29,846 bases of DNA, from positions 1 through 29,846 of the forward strand of contig JACDBZ010000151.1 of the NCBI GenBank assembly GCA_013694645.1. Reading direction: 5' to 3'. Every line of letters starts with the position of its first letter. Positions within the stretch are counted from its first letter, which is position 1. The notes below the pieces were generated by a model that searched no databases, was not told the origin of the DNA, and saw only the letters and a program-made list of their open reading frames with translations. The stretch comes from Chloroflexota bacterium. GTDB lineage: Bacteria; Chloroflexota; Limnocylindria; QHBO01. Both the position numbers and the translations under genes were made by a program. Below are positions 1-12,699 of the stretch, one piece after another.

Positions 1-313
1 CGACAAGGATCGCTCCCTCGCAGGCCTGGAGCGATCGGCTGACCTCGTAGGTGAAATCGACGTGGCCAGGCGTGTCGATCAGATTCAGGGCGTACGTATG
101 ACCGTCGGCAGCGTCGAAATGCACCCGCACCGCGCGTGCCTTGATGGTGATGCCCTTCTCACGCTCGAGGTCCATCGAGTCGAGCACCTGCGACTGCATG
201 AGCCGCTTGTCGATCGTGTGCGTCACCTCGAGCAGCCGATCCGCCAGGGTCGACTTCCCATGATCGATGTGCGCGACGATGCTGAAGTTGCGGATGCGCT
301 CCGAGGGGATCAC
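1..313 (-). CDS. lepA: Elongation factor 4 (LepA), N-terminal part; runs off the window edge
   Basis: Manual translation from GTG at 313: [29 protein letters not shown]...[15 protein letters not shown]...[28 protein letters not shown], which carries the LepA G1/G2/G3 motifs. Not in the ORF track. Confidence 0.97.
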   Translation of the reverse strand, partial: MIPSERIRNFSIVAHIDHGKSTLADRLLEVTHTIDKRLMQSQVLDSMDLEREKGITIKARAVRVHFDAADGHTYALNLIDTPGHVDFTYEVSRSLQACEGAILV

Positions 314-322
314 TCCGGCGGA

Positions 323-328
323 AGTCTA
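323..328 (-). promoter_or_regulatory. -10-like hexamer TAGACT, 9 nt upstream of the lepA GTG
   Basis: Minus strand reads gcTAGACTtccgccggaGTG; no properly spaced SD. Confidence 0.55.
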
Positions 329-359
329 GCCGACACCCGCCATCCGCACCGGCCGCCTC

Positions 360-2282
360 TCAGGGAGCCGGCGTCTCAGGAGGGACCGCCGCCGTCTCAC
401 CCTCGTCCCCGTCCTCGGCAGGCGGCTCCGGCTCCGCGACGACGGGCGTCGGCCCGACCAGGGTGATCCCGTTGACGGTGCGGTATGCGCTGAAGTAGGT
501 GTTGCGATGGATCTCGTTGCCGTTCGCGTCATACACGAAGCGGGTTCGTGACACGTCGTGGCCATTGTGCGGATACTCGACCCGCTTTCGCGTCCCCGGC
601 GCCATGCTGGCGTCCACCTGGGTCGTCTCGATCGCGACGCGATGATTGCTCGTCACGGCGTCGGTGAGGACGACCGAGCGACCGGTCGGGACGCTCCACA
701 CCTCGAAGGTGACGAAACCATTCCCGCCGAACCCGCGAATGACGATTGGGTTCTCCGTGTCGTTGCGGAACGTCATGTCCTGGGTGAAGTTCTCGTCCAT
801 GTAGACCGTGGCGTCGAGTCCGTCCGGGTAGCGATCGATGTAATAGAAGTGATTGGCTCGAATCCCCATCTCCAGGCCGGCGCGCAGCGCGGCATTGAAG
901 ATGGTCGTCGAGGTCGAGCAGATCCCGCCGCCGATTGCGCCGCCGGCCACGCTCCGGCCGCCGATGATCACGCCACCGTACTGGTAGCCACGCTCGACGG
1001 TCACCGGACCGATGCTGCCCCAGAAGCTGAACGTCTCGCCGGGCGCCAGGTTGCGCCCGTCGATGTCGCGTGCCCCGATGTTGATGTTGTTGCCAAAGCC
1101 ATTGCCCTCACCGGGCACATAGGTGGTGGTCCACGAGGAGATCATCTGCATCTGCGGGAGAACCGCCAGTGCCCGTGCCGTGGTGAGCCCCGGCTCGGTG
1201 ACGTTGACGACCAGCGCGAGTGACCCGATGGTTGCGCCGCGTCCCCGCCGTTCGAGCGCGGCCAGCACCGCTTCCGCGGTGCCGTCGACATCGAGCTCAC
1301 GGCCATCCTGCCCCGCGATGACGCCGCCGAGGCCGCCACCGCTGGCCACGGTGATTCGCGCGCTGACCGCATCCTGGGCCACCGCCTCGACGAACCCATC
1401 GACCGCCGACGTCACGGCGGCCTCGTCAATACGCAGCGCATAGGAGTCGCCGGAGTCAGGACCGAAGCTCAGCCATGAAGCGATCGTCTCGGACGAGATC
1501 TCGAGAGGCTCCTCGTCCTCGGTGGCTCCGGGAATCTCCATCGCGAGCGATGCGACCGTCGCGCGGGCCACCTCGGCGGCCTCCGCCGCGACGGCGGTGG
1601 TGACGGCTGGCGGGATGACCGTCGGTGCGAGCTCAAGGCGTACATCCGCGGGATCGGTGCTGTCGACTGCTGCGGCCAGCATGGTCTGGATGGTGCCGAC
1701 ATCCAGTGACCGACCGGCCTCCGACTCGGTCACCTCGTACGTCGCGCCATCCGCGATGACCGAGGCATCCACCGGCGTCACGGAGAAGCGCTCCGCCACG
1801 ATGGCCGACGCGCGCGCCAGCGCCTCGGTGTCGTAGGCGTGGACGACCAGCGGTAACGTCACCGGATGAGCGAGATTGCGAAGACGGGTGAGCCCGTCAG
1901 CCAGCGGGTTCCCGTCGCGGCCGATACCAAATGCCGCATCGAGCATTGCGTCGGTGTCGTAGCCGCGGCCGATCTCCGCGTACTCCACCGTCGCCTGCTC
2001 ATCGTCAATGGCAAGCGTGGCCTTGCCAGCCGAAAGCGATGGGAGCTGGGCGGCCAATCGCTCAGTGGCGGCTTCTCGGGTCAGCCCGCTCAGCTCGACT
2101 CCCGCGATGGACACGCCGGGAATGATGCTATGTGCAGCGGCAACGCCGATGGCCGCCGAGATGCCGGTGGTGACGAACAGGCCCCCGACGAGCGTCGCGC
2201 CGAATCCGATGAGCGTCGCGCGTCGGGCCGGTGGCGAGGCCACCGGCCGCATGAGTCGCCCGGGAAAGGTAATGGTTGTCAT
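360..2282 (-). CDS. VanW-family cell-envelope protein (N-terminal membrane anchor, PG_binding_4-like region, VanW domain, probable C-terminal G5-like domain)
   Basis: 640 aa. Hydrophobic anchor TLIGFGATLVGGLFVTTGISAAIG; VanW motifs LAPGETFSFW, GGGICSTSTTIFNAALRAGL, RANH..Y..YP.GLDATV, DMTFRNDT; G5-like tail ending Y...NGITLVG. Confidence 0.85.
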   Translation of the reverse strand: MTTITFPGRLMRPVASPPARRATLIGFGATLVGGLFVTTGISAAIGVAAAHSIIPGVSIAGVELSGLTREAATERLAAQLPSLSAGKATLAIDDEQATVEYAEIGRGYDTDAMLDAAFGIGRDGNPLADGLTRLRNLAHPVTLPLVVHAYDTEALARASAIVAERFSVTPVDASVIADGATYEVTESEAGRSLDVGTIQTMLAAAVDSTDPADVRLELAPTVIPPAVTTAVAAEAAEVARATVASLAMEIPGATEDEEPLEISSETIASWLSFGPDSGDSYALRIDEAAVTSAVDGFVEAVAQDAVSARITVASGGGLGGVIAGQDGRELDVDGTAEAVLAALERRGRGATIGSLALVVNVTEPGLTTARALAVLPQMQMISSWTTTYVPGEGNGFGNNINIGARDIDGRNLAPGETFSFWGSIGPVTVERGYQYGGVIIGGRSVAGGAIGGGICSTSTTIFNAALRAGLEMGIRANHFYYIDRYPDGLDATVYMDENFTQDMTFRNDTENPIVIRGFGGNGFVTFEVWSVPTGRSVVLTDAVTSNHRVAIETTQVDASMAPGTRKRVEYPHNGHDVSRTRFVYDANGNEIHRNTYFSAYRTVNGITLVGPTPVVAEPEPPAEDGDEGETAAVPPETPAP

Positions 2283-2428
2283 GGTGTCGTGGCAGGAGAC
2301 GCGTGAGCAGGCGCGATCGTTGCGCGATCAGCGGCCTCGTCCGGATGGCACACCGGACCTCTCCCCTTGAACTTCTCCTCGTGTCCAATCTCGCCACGCG
2401 GGCAGACGCGACGGCGTTGGTGACCGGA

Positions 2429-2448
2429 TTGTCGCGGGTCCGCGACAA
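2429..2448. promoter_or_regulatory. 20-bp palindrome, candidate operator
   Basis: TTGTCGCGG-GT-CCGCGACAA has perfect 9-bp arms and lies between the divergent VanW-family gene and rpsT. Confidence 0.4.
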
Positions 2449-2491
2449 AATGTCGAGTCCCCCACCTGGCCCGGTATGGCGAGCGATGCTC

Positions 2492-2497
2492 TATACT
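2492..2497 (+). promoter_or_regulatory. -10-like hexamer TATACT for rpsT
   Basis: Near-consensus AT-rich hexamer in GC-rich DNA, 65 nt before the rpsT GTG, which has a GAGG SD. Confidence 0.55.
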
Positions 2498-2562
2498 CCT
2501 GCCTCCGCGCGCACCGACGAGCGGGTATCGGTATGCAGGCAAACTCGAGTTGAGGATTCTCC

Positions 2563-3096
2563 GTGGCAAGAACGGCCCGAACCTGGAAGGGCGCGCGCAC
2601 CCCCTCCGCCCTCAAGCGCGTGCGTCAATCACTCCGCCGCCGCGACGTGAACCGTCGCACCCAGAGTGAGGCGAAGACGCTCGTCCAGCAGGCGTCCGAA
2701 ATTGCCCTTGGACGGTCCACCGGCGACGGACCGGTCGCTGTCGCCGCGGCGATCAGTGCTCTCGACAAAGCCGCCGAGAAGGGCATCATCCATCCGAACA
2801 ACGCCGCGCGGCGCAAGAGCCGCCTGATGACGAAGGTCAACGCTGCGCACCTGCTCGATGGCGCGGAGACCGGCGGACCGGCCGCTGCCAAGAAACGCAC
2901 GACCGCGAGCAAGACCGCGCAGCGCAAGAAGGTGGCCGCTGCCAAGGCCTCCAAGGCCGCAGCCGGCAAGGCCACCGATCGTCCGCGAACCGCCGCCGGC
3001 AAGGCGAAAGTCGCCGTCACTCGTGCCAGCCGTGAGTCGGCAGCAGCGCGACGACGCGCGAAGAGCACCGGCGAGAGCGACAGCTCCGAGGGCTGA
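2563..3096 (+). CDS. rpsT: 30S ribosomal protein S20 with a long Ala/Lys/Arg-rich C-terminal extension
   Basis: SALKRVRQ...N and AISALDKAAEKGIIHPNNAARRKSRLM are S20 signatures; GAGG SD before the GTG; 177 aa. Confidence 0.93.
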   Translation: MARTARTWKGARTPSALKRVRQSLRRRDVNRRTQSEAKTLVQQASEIALGRSTGDGPVAVAAAISALDKAAEKGIIHPNNAARRKSRLMTKVNAAHLLDGAETGGPAAAKKRTTASKTAQRKKVAAAKASKAAAGKATDRPRTAAGKAKVAVTRASRESAAARRRAKSTGESDSSEG

Positions 3097-3109
3097 CCGC
3101 CCGCACCGA

Positions 3110-3138
3110 CGCCGCCGCCTAACCTAACGGCGGCGGCG
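3110..3138. terminator. GC hairpin between convergent rpsT and methyltransferase genes (no U-tract)
   Basis: cgccgccgcc-taacctaac-ggcggcggcg: 10-bp perfect stem whose loop contains the methyltransferase stop codon. Confidence 0.55.
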
Positions 3139-3897
3139 CACCTTCCAGATGTGCTCCAGCGGCCAGCGGCGAGCCCAGTCGCGGGCCGCCTCGTCGTAGT
3201 AGGTGCTGGTCGCATCTGGGTCCGGCCGAAGCTCGACGAGGTCCTCGACGACGAGGCCATTCCGCACGAAGAGTCGCATCCACTCTCCGTAGGGGAGCTG
3301 AAACTCGGCGTGGCCGGCGTCTCCGAGATCGACTCGGTGCATGCCGAAATAATCGTTGGCGAGCCGCTCGGCCGGCTCATCGCTGCCTGCCGGCCAGCAC
3401 GTCTCCGCGATTGGAGTGTGCATGCTGAAGGCGAGCAGGCCGCCGTGGCGTAACAGCCGAGCGGTTTCCGGGACCGTCACGTGAGGGTCCGCAAAGACCA
3501 TGGCTCCGTGGTCGCAGAAGATGATGTCGAGGCTCGCGTCGGGCAGCGGCACGGCCTCGGCGCTGGCATGGATCAGCGGCAGGTCGACGCCGGCCTCTTC
3601 CATGAGGCGCGCCGCGTGGTCGAGTTGCCGCAATGACAGGTCCAGGCCGATGGCATGCGCCCCGCGCTTGGCCAGGACGATCGACCACTGGGCCGCGCCG
3701 CAGCCGAGCTCGAGCACGTCGAGTCCCTCGACCTCTCCAAGGATGCACAGCTCGTCCTCTGGGATCTGCCATACGCCCCACGCCGCTCCGTGGACGGCCA
3801 GCTGCGGGCCGTGATCAGCCTGATATCGATCGGCATAGTCGTCCCAGAAGTCGCGGTTGCGCGCCACGTGGTCACCCGGCTCGCGGTCTTCTGTCAT
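3124..3897 (-). CDS. Class I SAM-dependent methyltransferase
   Basis: Start reassigned to ATG 3897 (MTEDREPG), just after the eno stop. Motif I VLELGCGAAQW, GLDLS, HASAEAVPL, LLRHGGLLAFS. Confidence 0.88.
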   Translation of the reverse strand: MTEDREPGDHVARNRDFWDDYADRYQADHGPQLAVHGAAWGVWQIPEDELCILGEVEGLDVLELGCGAAQWSIVLAKRGAHAIGLDLSLRQLDHAARLMEEAGVDLPLIHASAEAVPLPDASLDIIFCDHGAMVFADPHVTVPETARLLRHGGLLAFSMHTPIAETCWPAGSDEPAERLANDYFGMHRVDLGDAGHAEFQLPYGEWMRLFVRNGLVVEDLVELRPDPDATSTYYDEAARDWARRWPLEHIWKVRRRR

Positions 3898-3904
3898 CCC
3901 GCGT

Positions 3905-6435
<2,531 letters not shown>

Positions 6436-6443
6436 GGTCCGCC

Positions 6444-8500
<2,057 letters not shown>

Positions 8501-8509
8501 GTGGCCGTC

Positions 8510-8515
8510 ATTCTA
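8510..8515 (-). promoter_or_regulatory. -10-like hexamer TAGAAT, 9 nt before the ROK GTG
   Basis: Minus strand reads cggTAGAATgacggccacGTG; no SD. Confidence 0.6.
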
Positions 8516-8532
8516 CCGATCGCGGAGGATGA

Positions 8533-8564
8533 CATGAGGCGCGCCGGGACCGGCGCGCCTCATG
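8533..8564 (-). terminator. 14-bp perfect hairpin downstream of the small Zn-ribbon gene
   Basis: catgaggcgcgccg-ggac-cggcgcgcctcatg, 17 nt after the stop at 8582 and just before the next promoter; no U-tract. Confidence 0.7.
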
Positions 8565-8581
8565 GGGTTGCGGAACGGCGA

Positions 8582-8725
8582 TCAGCCGCCGATCTTGAAC
8601 ATCTTTGTGCTGCAGACCGGGCAAACGCCTTCGGTTGCCGGCTTGCCGTTCTTCATCGTGATCTTGTTCTCGTTCAGCATCTCGCGCTTTGCCTTGCACT
8701 TGACGCAATAGGCTTCGGTCGCCAT
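8582..8725 (-). CDS. Small basic CxxC...CxxC protein (DUF5679-like)
   Basis: 47 aa MATEAYCVKCKAKREMLNENKITMKNGKPATEGVCPVCSTKMFKIGG; SD GGGAGG upstream. Family assignment is from recalled sequence pattern. Confidence 0.85.
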   Translation of the reverse strand: MATEAYCVKCKAKREMLNENKITMKNGKPATEGVCPVCSTKMFKIGG

Positions 8726-8729
8726 CGGT

Positions 8730-9623
8730 TCAATTGCCTCCCTGTTCGCCGGCCTCGGAGCCGGTCGGTGGTTGAGAGCCCCCCGCCTGTTGGTCGAACG
8801 ATGCTCCGCGACGGGCGATGAAATCGCCCCCTTCGGCGTCGACCTGCCAGAGCAGGTGGATGCCGGCCAGTCCGGCATCGATGCAGCGTGCCTCCGCGGC
8901 CTCCTTCGCCGCGCCTTCCAGAAACGTGCCGTCGGTCCGCTGCGCATAGGCTGCGCAAACGGTCCCAGACCGCAGTCCCGCCAGATGTGCCAGCACAAAG
9001 AGTGCCGACGACTCCATTTCGAGATTCGCAACACGCTGACGGCGAAGCTCATCTGCGAGCTCAGGATAGCGAACCGGGAGCGTGCGCATCTGCCGTCCCT
9101 GCGGAGCATAGAACCCGCTCGCGGTGGCGGTCAGCCCCACGTGGTACCTGATCCCCTGCTCTCGACAGCTGTGCTCGAGTGCCCAGACGACGTCGCGGTG
9201 AGCGATCGCCGGGAATCCAGGGTGAACGTAGAAGTCGGTCGTGTTCTCCAGCCGCACCGCCCCGGTCGAGACGATGAGATCCCCGAGTCCGATCGTCGGC
9301 TGGAGGGCGCCTGACGAGCCGATGCGGATAAAGGTCGCGTGGTCGGTGATCTCCATCACCTCGGCGAGCACGATCTCGACGTTGTCCGTGCCCATGCCGG
9401 TCGACATGCAGCTGATGGGCATGCCGCGGTAGATGCCCGTGGCGGTCGTGATCTCGCGGTTGCTCCGCTCGAGCTCGATTGCATCCCAGCGGGACGCGAC
9501 CCTGGACACGCGTCCCGGGTCGCCGACGAGCAGGACATACTCCGCCAGCTCGCCCCGCTCGAGGGCGATGTGGTATTGACGGTTCCCGGTTAGCGGTGCA
9601 TCCGCCTGGGTCCGCTCGGACAA
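8730..9623 (-). CDS. udp: Nucleoside phosphorylase (uridine phosphorylase-like)
   Basis: LLVGDPGRV, STGMG, FIRIGSSGALQP, FYAPQGR, NLEMES. Start reassigned to TTG 9623 behind the SD GAGGAGG. Confidence 0.82.
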   Translation of the reverse strand: MSERTQADAPLTGNRQYHIALERGELAEYVLLVGDPGRVSRVASRWDAIELERSNREITTATGIYRGMPISCMSTGMGTDNVEIVLAEVMEITDHATFIRIGSSGALQPTIGLGDLIVSTGAVRLENTTDFYVHPGFPAIAHRDVVWALEHSCREQGIRYHVGLTATASGFYAPQGRQMRTLPVRYPELADELRRQRVANLEMESSALFVLAHLAGLRSGTVCAAYAQRTDGTFLEGAAKEAAEARCIDAGLAGIHLLWQVDAEGGDFIARRGASFDQQAGGSQPPTGSEAGEQGGN

Positions 9624-9651
9624 GCGCCCTCCTCGTGCGTGAACGCGCTGG

Positions 9652-9657
9652 ATGATA
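9652..9657 (-). promoter_or_regulatory. -10-like hexamer TATCAT for the nucleoside phosphorylase
   Basis: Lies in the 48-bp gap upstream of the SD and TTG start. Confidence 0.45.
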
Positions 9658-9671
9658 CGCCGCACGCTCGG

Positions 9672-12599
9672 TCACGGGCCGCGCTCGTTCGGCAGGCGCA
9701 CCAGGGCGATCCGCGGCCCGGTCGACTCGAGATCGTCGCCACCATGCCCGTGGCTGCCATGCTCGTCGCCCGCCGCATCATCCGGCAGGTCCGATCCACG
9801 GCGGCGGATGACGATCACGGCGACGATGAGAATGACCACCCCGATCCCGAGCAGGCCGGCAGCCAGGACCCTTCGCCCATTGTCCGGTGCGGCGATGCCT
9901 GGGACCGATGCATCCGTGGTCAACCCTGGTGGCCGCGAGCTGGCCCCGGCTGCCGCGAGCAGCGTCAGCGCCGGCGCCCGACGGACTCCATCGCAACCGA
10001 CGAGGACGCCCGGCGGGTCTGCCACGGCCACGCCAACCACCGACACCATCCCGCCCGGCAGCTGGGTATCGGTGCCGCAGAGCCGCTCGACGGCGACGGT
10101 CAGCCCGTCCACCTGGAGGGCCTGATGGTCATGAGTGCCCGTCACGCGGCCGACGAGCGCGACCCAGGCGGGAGAATCGCCCGGACCGGGGACCGTCGTG
10201 GTGGGGGTCGCCGGAGAACCGGATCCGACGACGGTGTCTTCCTGGCGCGTCCCCAGCACGACCAGCGGGATTCCCGATCCTGCCTCCCCGTGGATCTCAC
10301 GCAGGCCGACCAGCTCGAGCGGGAGCGGGGTGGCTCGGCCCTCCAGAACGCGTTCGAGACGCTCGGACGAGGCTGGCGCAACGCCGACCAGCCGCACGCC
10401 GTCCCACAGGAGGCCGGCGACACCGAGCTCCGGCCACGCCGAAGCCACGAGCGTCGCACCGACGCGAATATCGGCGAGGCCCGCCTCGCCGATGGCAGCG
10501 AGCGAGGAGGCGTCCTCCACCGCCGAACCACCACCGTCGTCCGCGCCGGAGGCGGAGGCGGAGCTGGAGCCATCGGTACGTGCCGCCGCGTCGGTGGCCC
10601 CCGCCAGGATGCGCAGATCGCCAGCGCCACGGGGCCAGATCCGGTACCCGCGCAGCGGCTGAGCGCCGGTGGTTTCCTGGCCGAGGACTCCTCGCAGCTC
10701 GATCCAGACGCCGGCCACCAACGGGTCCTTGTCCGCTGCCAGGCCGGCGCCGAACGAGACGCGGAGGGGTCCGCTGCCGTCGTCGATCTCGAAGAAGACG
10801 GTTCCGCTCGAGGAGCGTCGCGCCGATGCCACCAGGGCGCCGCGCACGACGACGAGATGCGCTTCCGACGCCTCCGATGCGTCACCCGTGCGCAGGGCTC
10901 GCGCGGTGGGGTCCGGGGCCGTTCCGAGACGACGCGGCGCAACGGTGACGCGCAGCGACTCCATCCCACTCTTGGTCGACCGCACACCGGCGACCTCGAT
11001 CAGCTCGCCCAGAGAGACGGCTCCTGCCTCTTCGCCGAGTCGCAGCAGGATCGCGCCGCTCGCGTCCTGGATGACCGCGGATCCCGGCTCGATCGTGCCG
11101 GATGCGAGCGTGACGACGCCGCGCACCACGACCCTCGCGTTCTTGACTGCGGCGCGCGCATCTGCGATCGACACGACGCCGTCGGCCGGTGGCGACGGGC
11201 TCGCGCTCGGGCTCGGCTCTACGGAGTCACCTGGCGATGGCGTCGGCGTGGGGGCGGTGGAACGTTCAACGTCGTCCGGATCTCGAGGCTGGACGCGGTA
11301 CCCGGAAGATCCGGTACCCGACGAGTCGCGCTGCCCAACAACACCGACGACTTCGACCCGGACCCCATTCTGCCAGCCGGCCGTGTCGATCCCGGTTCCA
11401 GTCCCGACGACGACGCGGATGGCGCCACTCCCGTCATCGACGTCGAAGGCGAGGCCGCCGGTCAGCGAGGTCGGGCTCCCCTCGACCGTGCCGTCCACGC
11501 GCACCAGGTGAGCCTCGAGGGACTCATCCACCGCCCCGGTCGAGGACGCCACGACGATCGGCGCCCCGTCGGCGGGGCCGACGACAACGAGATCCTCCCC
11601 GGCCGCGCGGATCGTGCGTTGCGCGAAGCGATCGTCGAGCGTCCCGGTGACGACGAGATGGTCGCCGCGCGCAAACGACCCGCCGTCGAGCAGCACGGCG
11701 ATGCCTCCGCTGGCGTCGGCCACGTATCCGCCGCCATCGGCGAAGTCGGATCTGGTCAGCGCATCCCCCTCGACGGTCACGGTGCTGTCATCGGGCATCC
11801 CTCGCGCGGTTGCGATCGAGATCGGCGTCGGCCCGGACGTTGGCGTCGGAGTTGGAGTCGGTGATGGGGAAGGGGATGGGGATGGAGTCGCCGAGGCTGT
11901 CGGCGCCGGCGTACCGGACGGGGATGGGCTCATCGTGGGGCCGGGATCGGACGGATCGGGCACGGGCGGCGACCCGCTGTTCTGCGGGTCGGGCAGCGTT
12001 TGGACGAAGAAGTCGGCGGCATTGGCATCGGTGTCGACGGTCGAACCGGCCGATCCGCCGGGGAGCCGTTCGAGGCTTGCGCCGGGTGGCGGCGCCACAG
12101 CGGGCACCCCCTCGAGCCATGAGCTGGCTGCGGTCCCCCAGCCGACAGCGTCGATCGCGGTGCTGGCGCCCTGGATCCGAATGGCGACACTGCCGCCGGT
12201 GGCGGCCATGCCGCTCGCGTAGAGAGCATCGGCTATGGGTGCGAAGACGCCGAGCTCGTTCGCGACGAGGATGTGCCCTCCGGGCGGCACCTCCGGCGCA
12301 CCGAGATCCCATGCGGCCCTTCGGCTGACCGTCGCGCCGCTGGCCGTGACATAGACCAGCTCCAGTCCCTGGAGCGGCAGCGGCGCCGCCGATGGATTGT
12401 AGATCTCGATCATCTCGTCACTGGCGCTCGCGCCCCCGGTCATCACCTCGCTGACGACGAGGTGGTCGACCCCGGACGCGGAGGTTCGATCGACCATCCC
12501 GACCGGCAGATACGCCGTCAGGAGCAGGCAGACCATCACTGAGCGAACCAGGGCGGACATCCCGCGCGACGGAGGAGCGTTGGATTCGGAAACGGACAT
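9672..12599 (-). CDS. Membrane-anchored surface protein: lamin-tail domain plus multiple OB-fold-like repeats
   Basis: 975 aa. Signal-like N-terminus; LTD motif HLVVSEV...DEMIEIYNPS..PLPLQGLELVY...DAVGWG; Pro/Ser/Thr linkers; repeated V.V.G.V...D.SG.I.V and VV.G...D.GSG..RV..G.LGQ...YRIxPR units; C-terminal TM followed by RRR. Confidence 0.8.
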   Translation of the reverse strand: MSVSESNAPPSRGMSALVRSVMVCLLLTAYLPVGMVDRTSASGVDHLVVSEVMTGGASASDEMIEIYNPSAAPLPLQGLELVYVTASGATVSRRAAWDLGAPEVPPGGHILVANELGVFAPIADALYASGMAATGGSVAIRIQGASTAIDAVGWGTAASSWLEGVPAVAPPPGASLERLPGGSAGSTVDTDANAADFFVQTLPDPQNSGSPPVPDPSDPGPTMSPSPSGTPAPTASATPSPSPSPSPTPTPTPTSGPTPISIATARGMPDDSTVTVEGDALTRSDFADGGGYVADASGGIAVLLDGGSFARGDHLVVTGTLDDRFAQRTIRAAGEDLVVVGPADGAPIVVASSTGAVDESLEAHLVRVDGTVEGSPTSLTGGLAFDVDDGSGAIRVVVGTGTGIDTAGWQNGVRVEVVGVVGQRDSSGTGSSGYRVQPRDPDDVERSTAPTPTPSPGDSVEPSPSASPSPPADGVVSIADARAAVKNARVVVRGVVTLASGTIEPGSAVIQDASGAILLRLGEEAGAVSLGELIEVAGVRSTKSGMESLRVTVAPRRLGTAPDPTARALRTGDASEASEAHLVVVRGALVASARRSSSGTVFFEIDDGSGPLRVSFGAGLAADKDPLVAGVWIELRGVLGQETTGAQPLRGYRIWPRGAGDLRILAGATDAAARTDGSSSASASGADDGGGSAVEDASSLAAIGEAGLADIRVGATLVASAWPELGVAGLLWDGVRLVGVAPASSERLERVLEGRATPLPLELVGLREIHGEAGSGIPLVVLGTRQEDTVVGSGSPATPTTTVPGPGDSPAWVALVGRVTGTHDHQALQVDGLTVAVERLCGTDTQLPGGMVSVVGVAVADPPGVLVGCDGVRRAPALTLLAAAGASSRPPGLTTDASVPGIAAPDNGRRVLAAGLLGIGVVILIVAVIVIRRRGSDLPDDAAGDEHGSHGHGGDDLESTGPRIALVRLPNERGP
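11826..11950 (-). repeat. Low-complexity Pro/Ser/Thr linker coding repeats
   Basis: Encodes PSPSGTPAPTASATPSPSPSPSPTPTPTPTSGPTP between the LTD and the first OB-like unit. Confidence 0.7.
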
Positions 12600-12649
12600 A
12601 GCTCGTACCTCGGCTGTGGAGGCGCAGGTCGACGCAGGATGCTCGCTGA

Positions 12650-12681
12650 CCGCTTACCGCTCGCTTAGCGGCCGCTTACCG
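12650..12681. promoter_or_regulatory. Triple direct repeat CGCTTA with 11-bp period
   Basis: CGCTTA at 12651, 12662 and 12673; units 1 and 3 are identical 10-mers (ccgcttaccg). Confidence 0.55.
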
Positions 12682-12699
12682 TGCGCCCTGGATGACCGG

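Noticed and set aside
2498-2551. Possible S20 autoregulatory leader (CCUGC/GCAGG, ACCGA/UCGGU, AACTCGAGTT palindrome)
   Set aside because: Stems are only 5 bp, and the predicted TSS (about 2504) would remove the outer 5' arm; chance level for this GC content.
9639-11864. 741-aa plus-strand ORF, and similar long antisense ORFs such as 6579-8081, 22290-23813 and 19996-21423
   Set aside because: Shadow frames of clearly real genes in high-GC DNA; Arg/Ala/Gly/Pro-rich and without recognisable motifs.
11826-11950. Periodic repeats as a possible CRISPR or VNTR
   Set aside because: In-frame Pro/Ser/Thr linker with no repeat-spacer structure and no cas genes.
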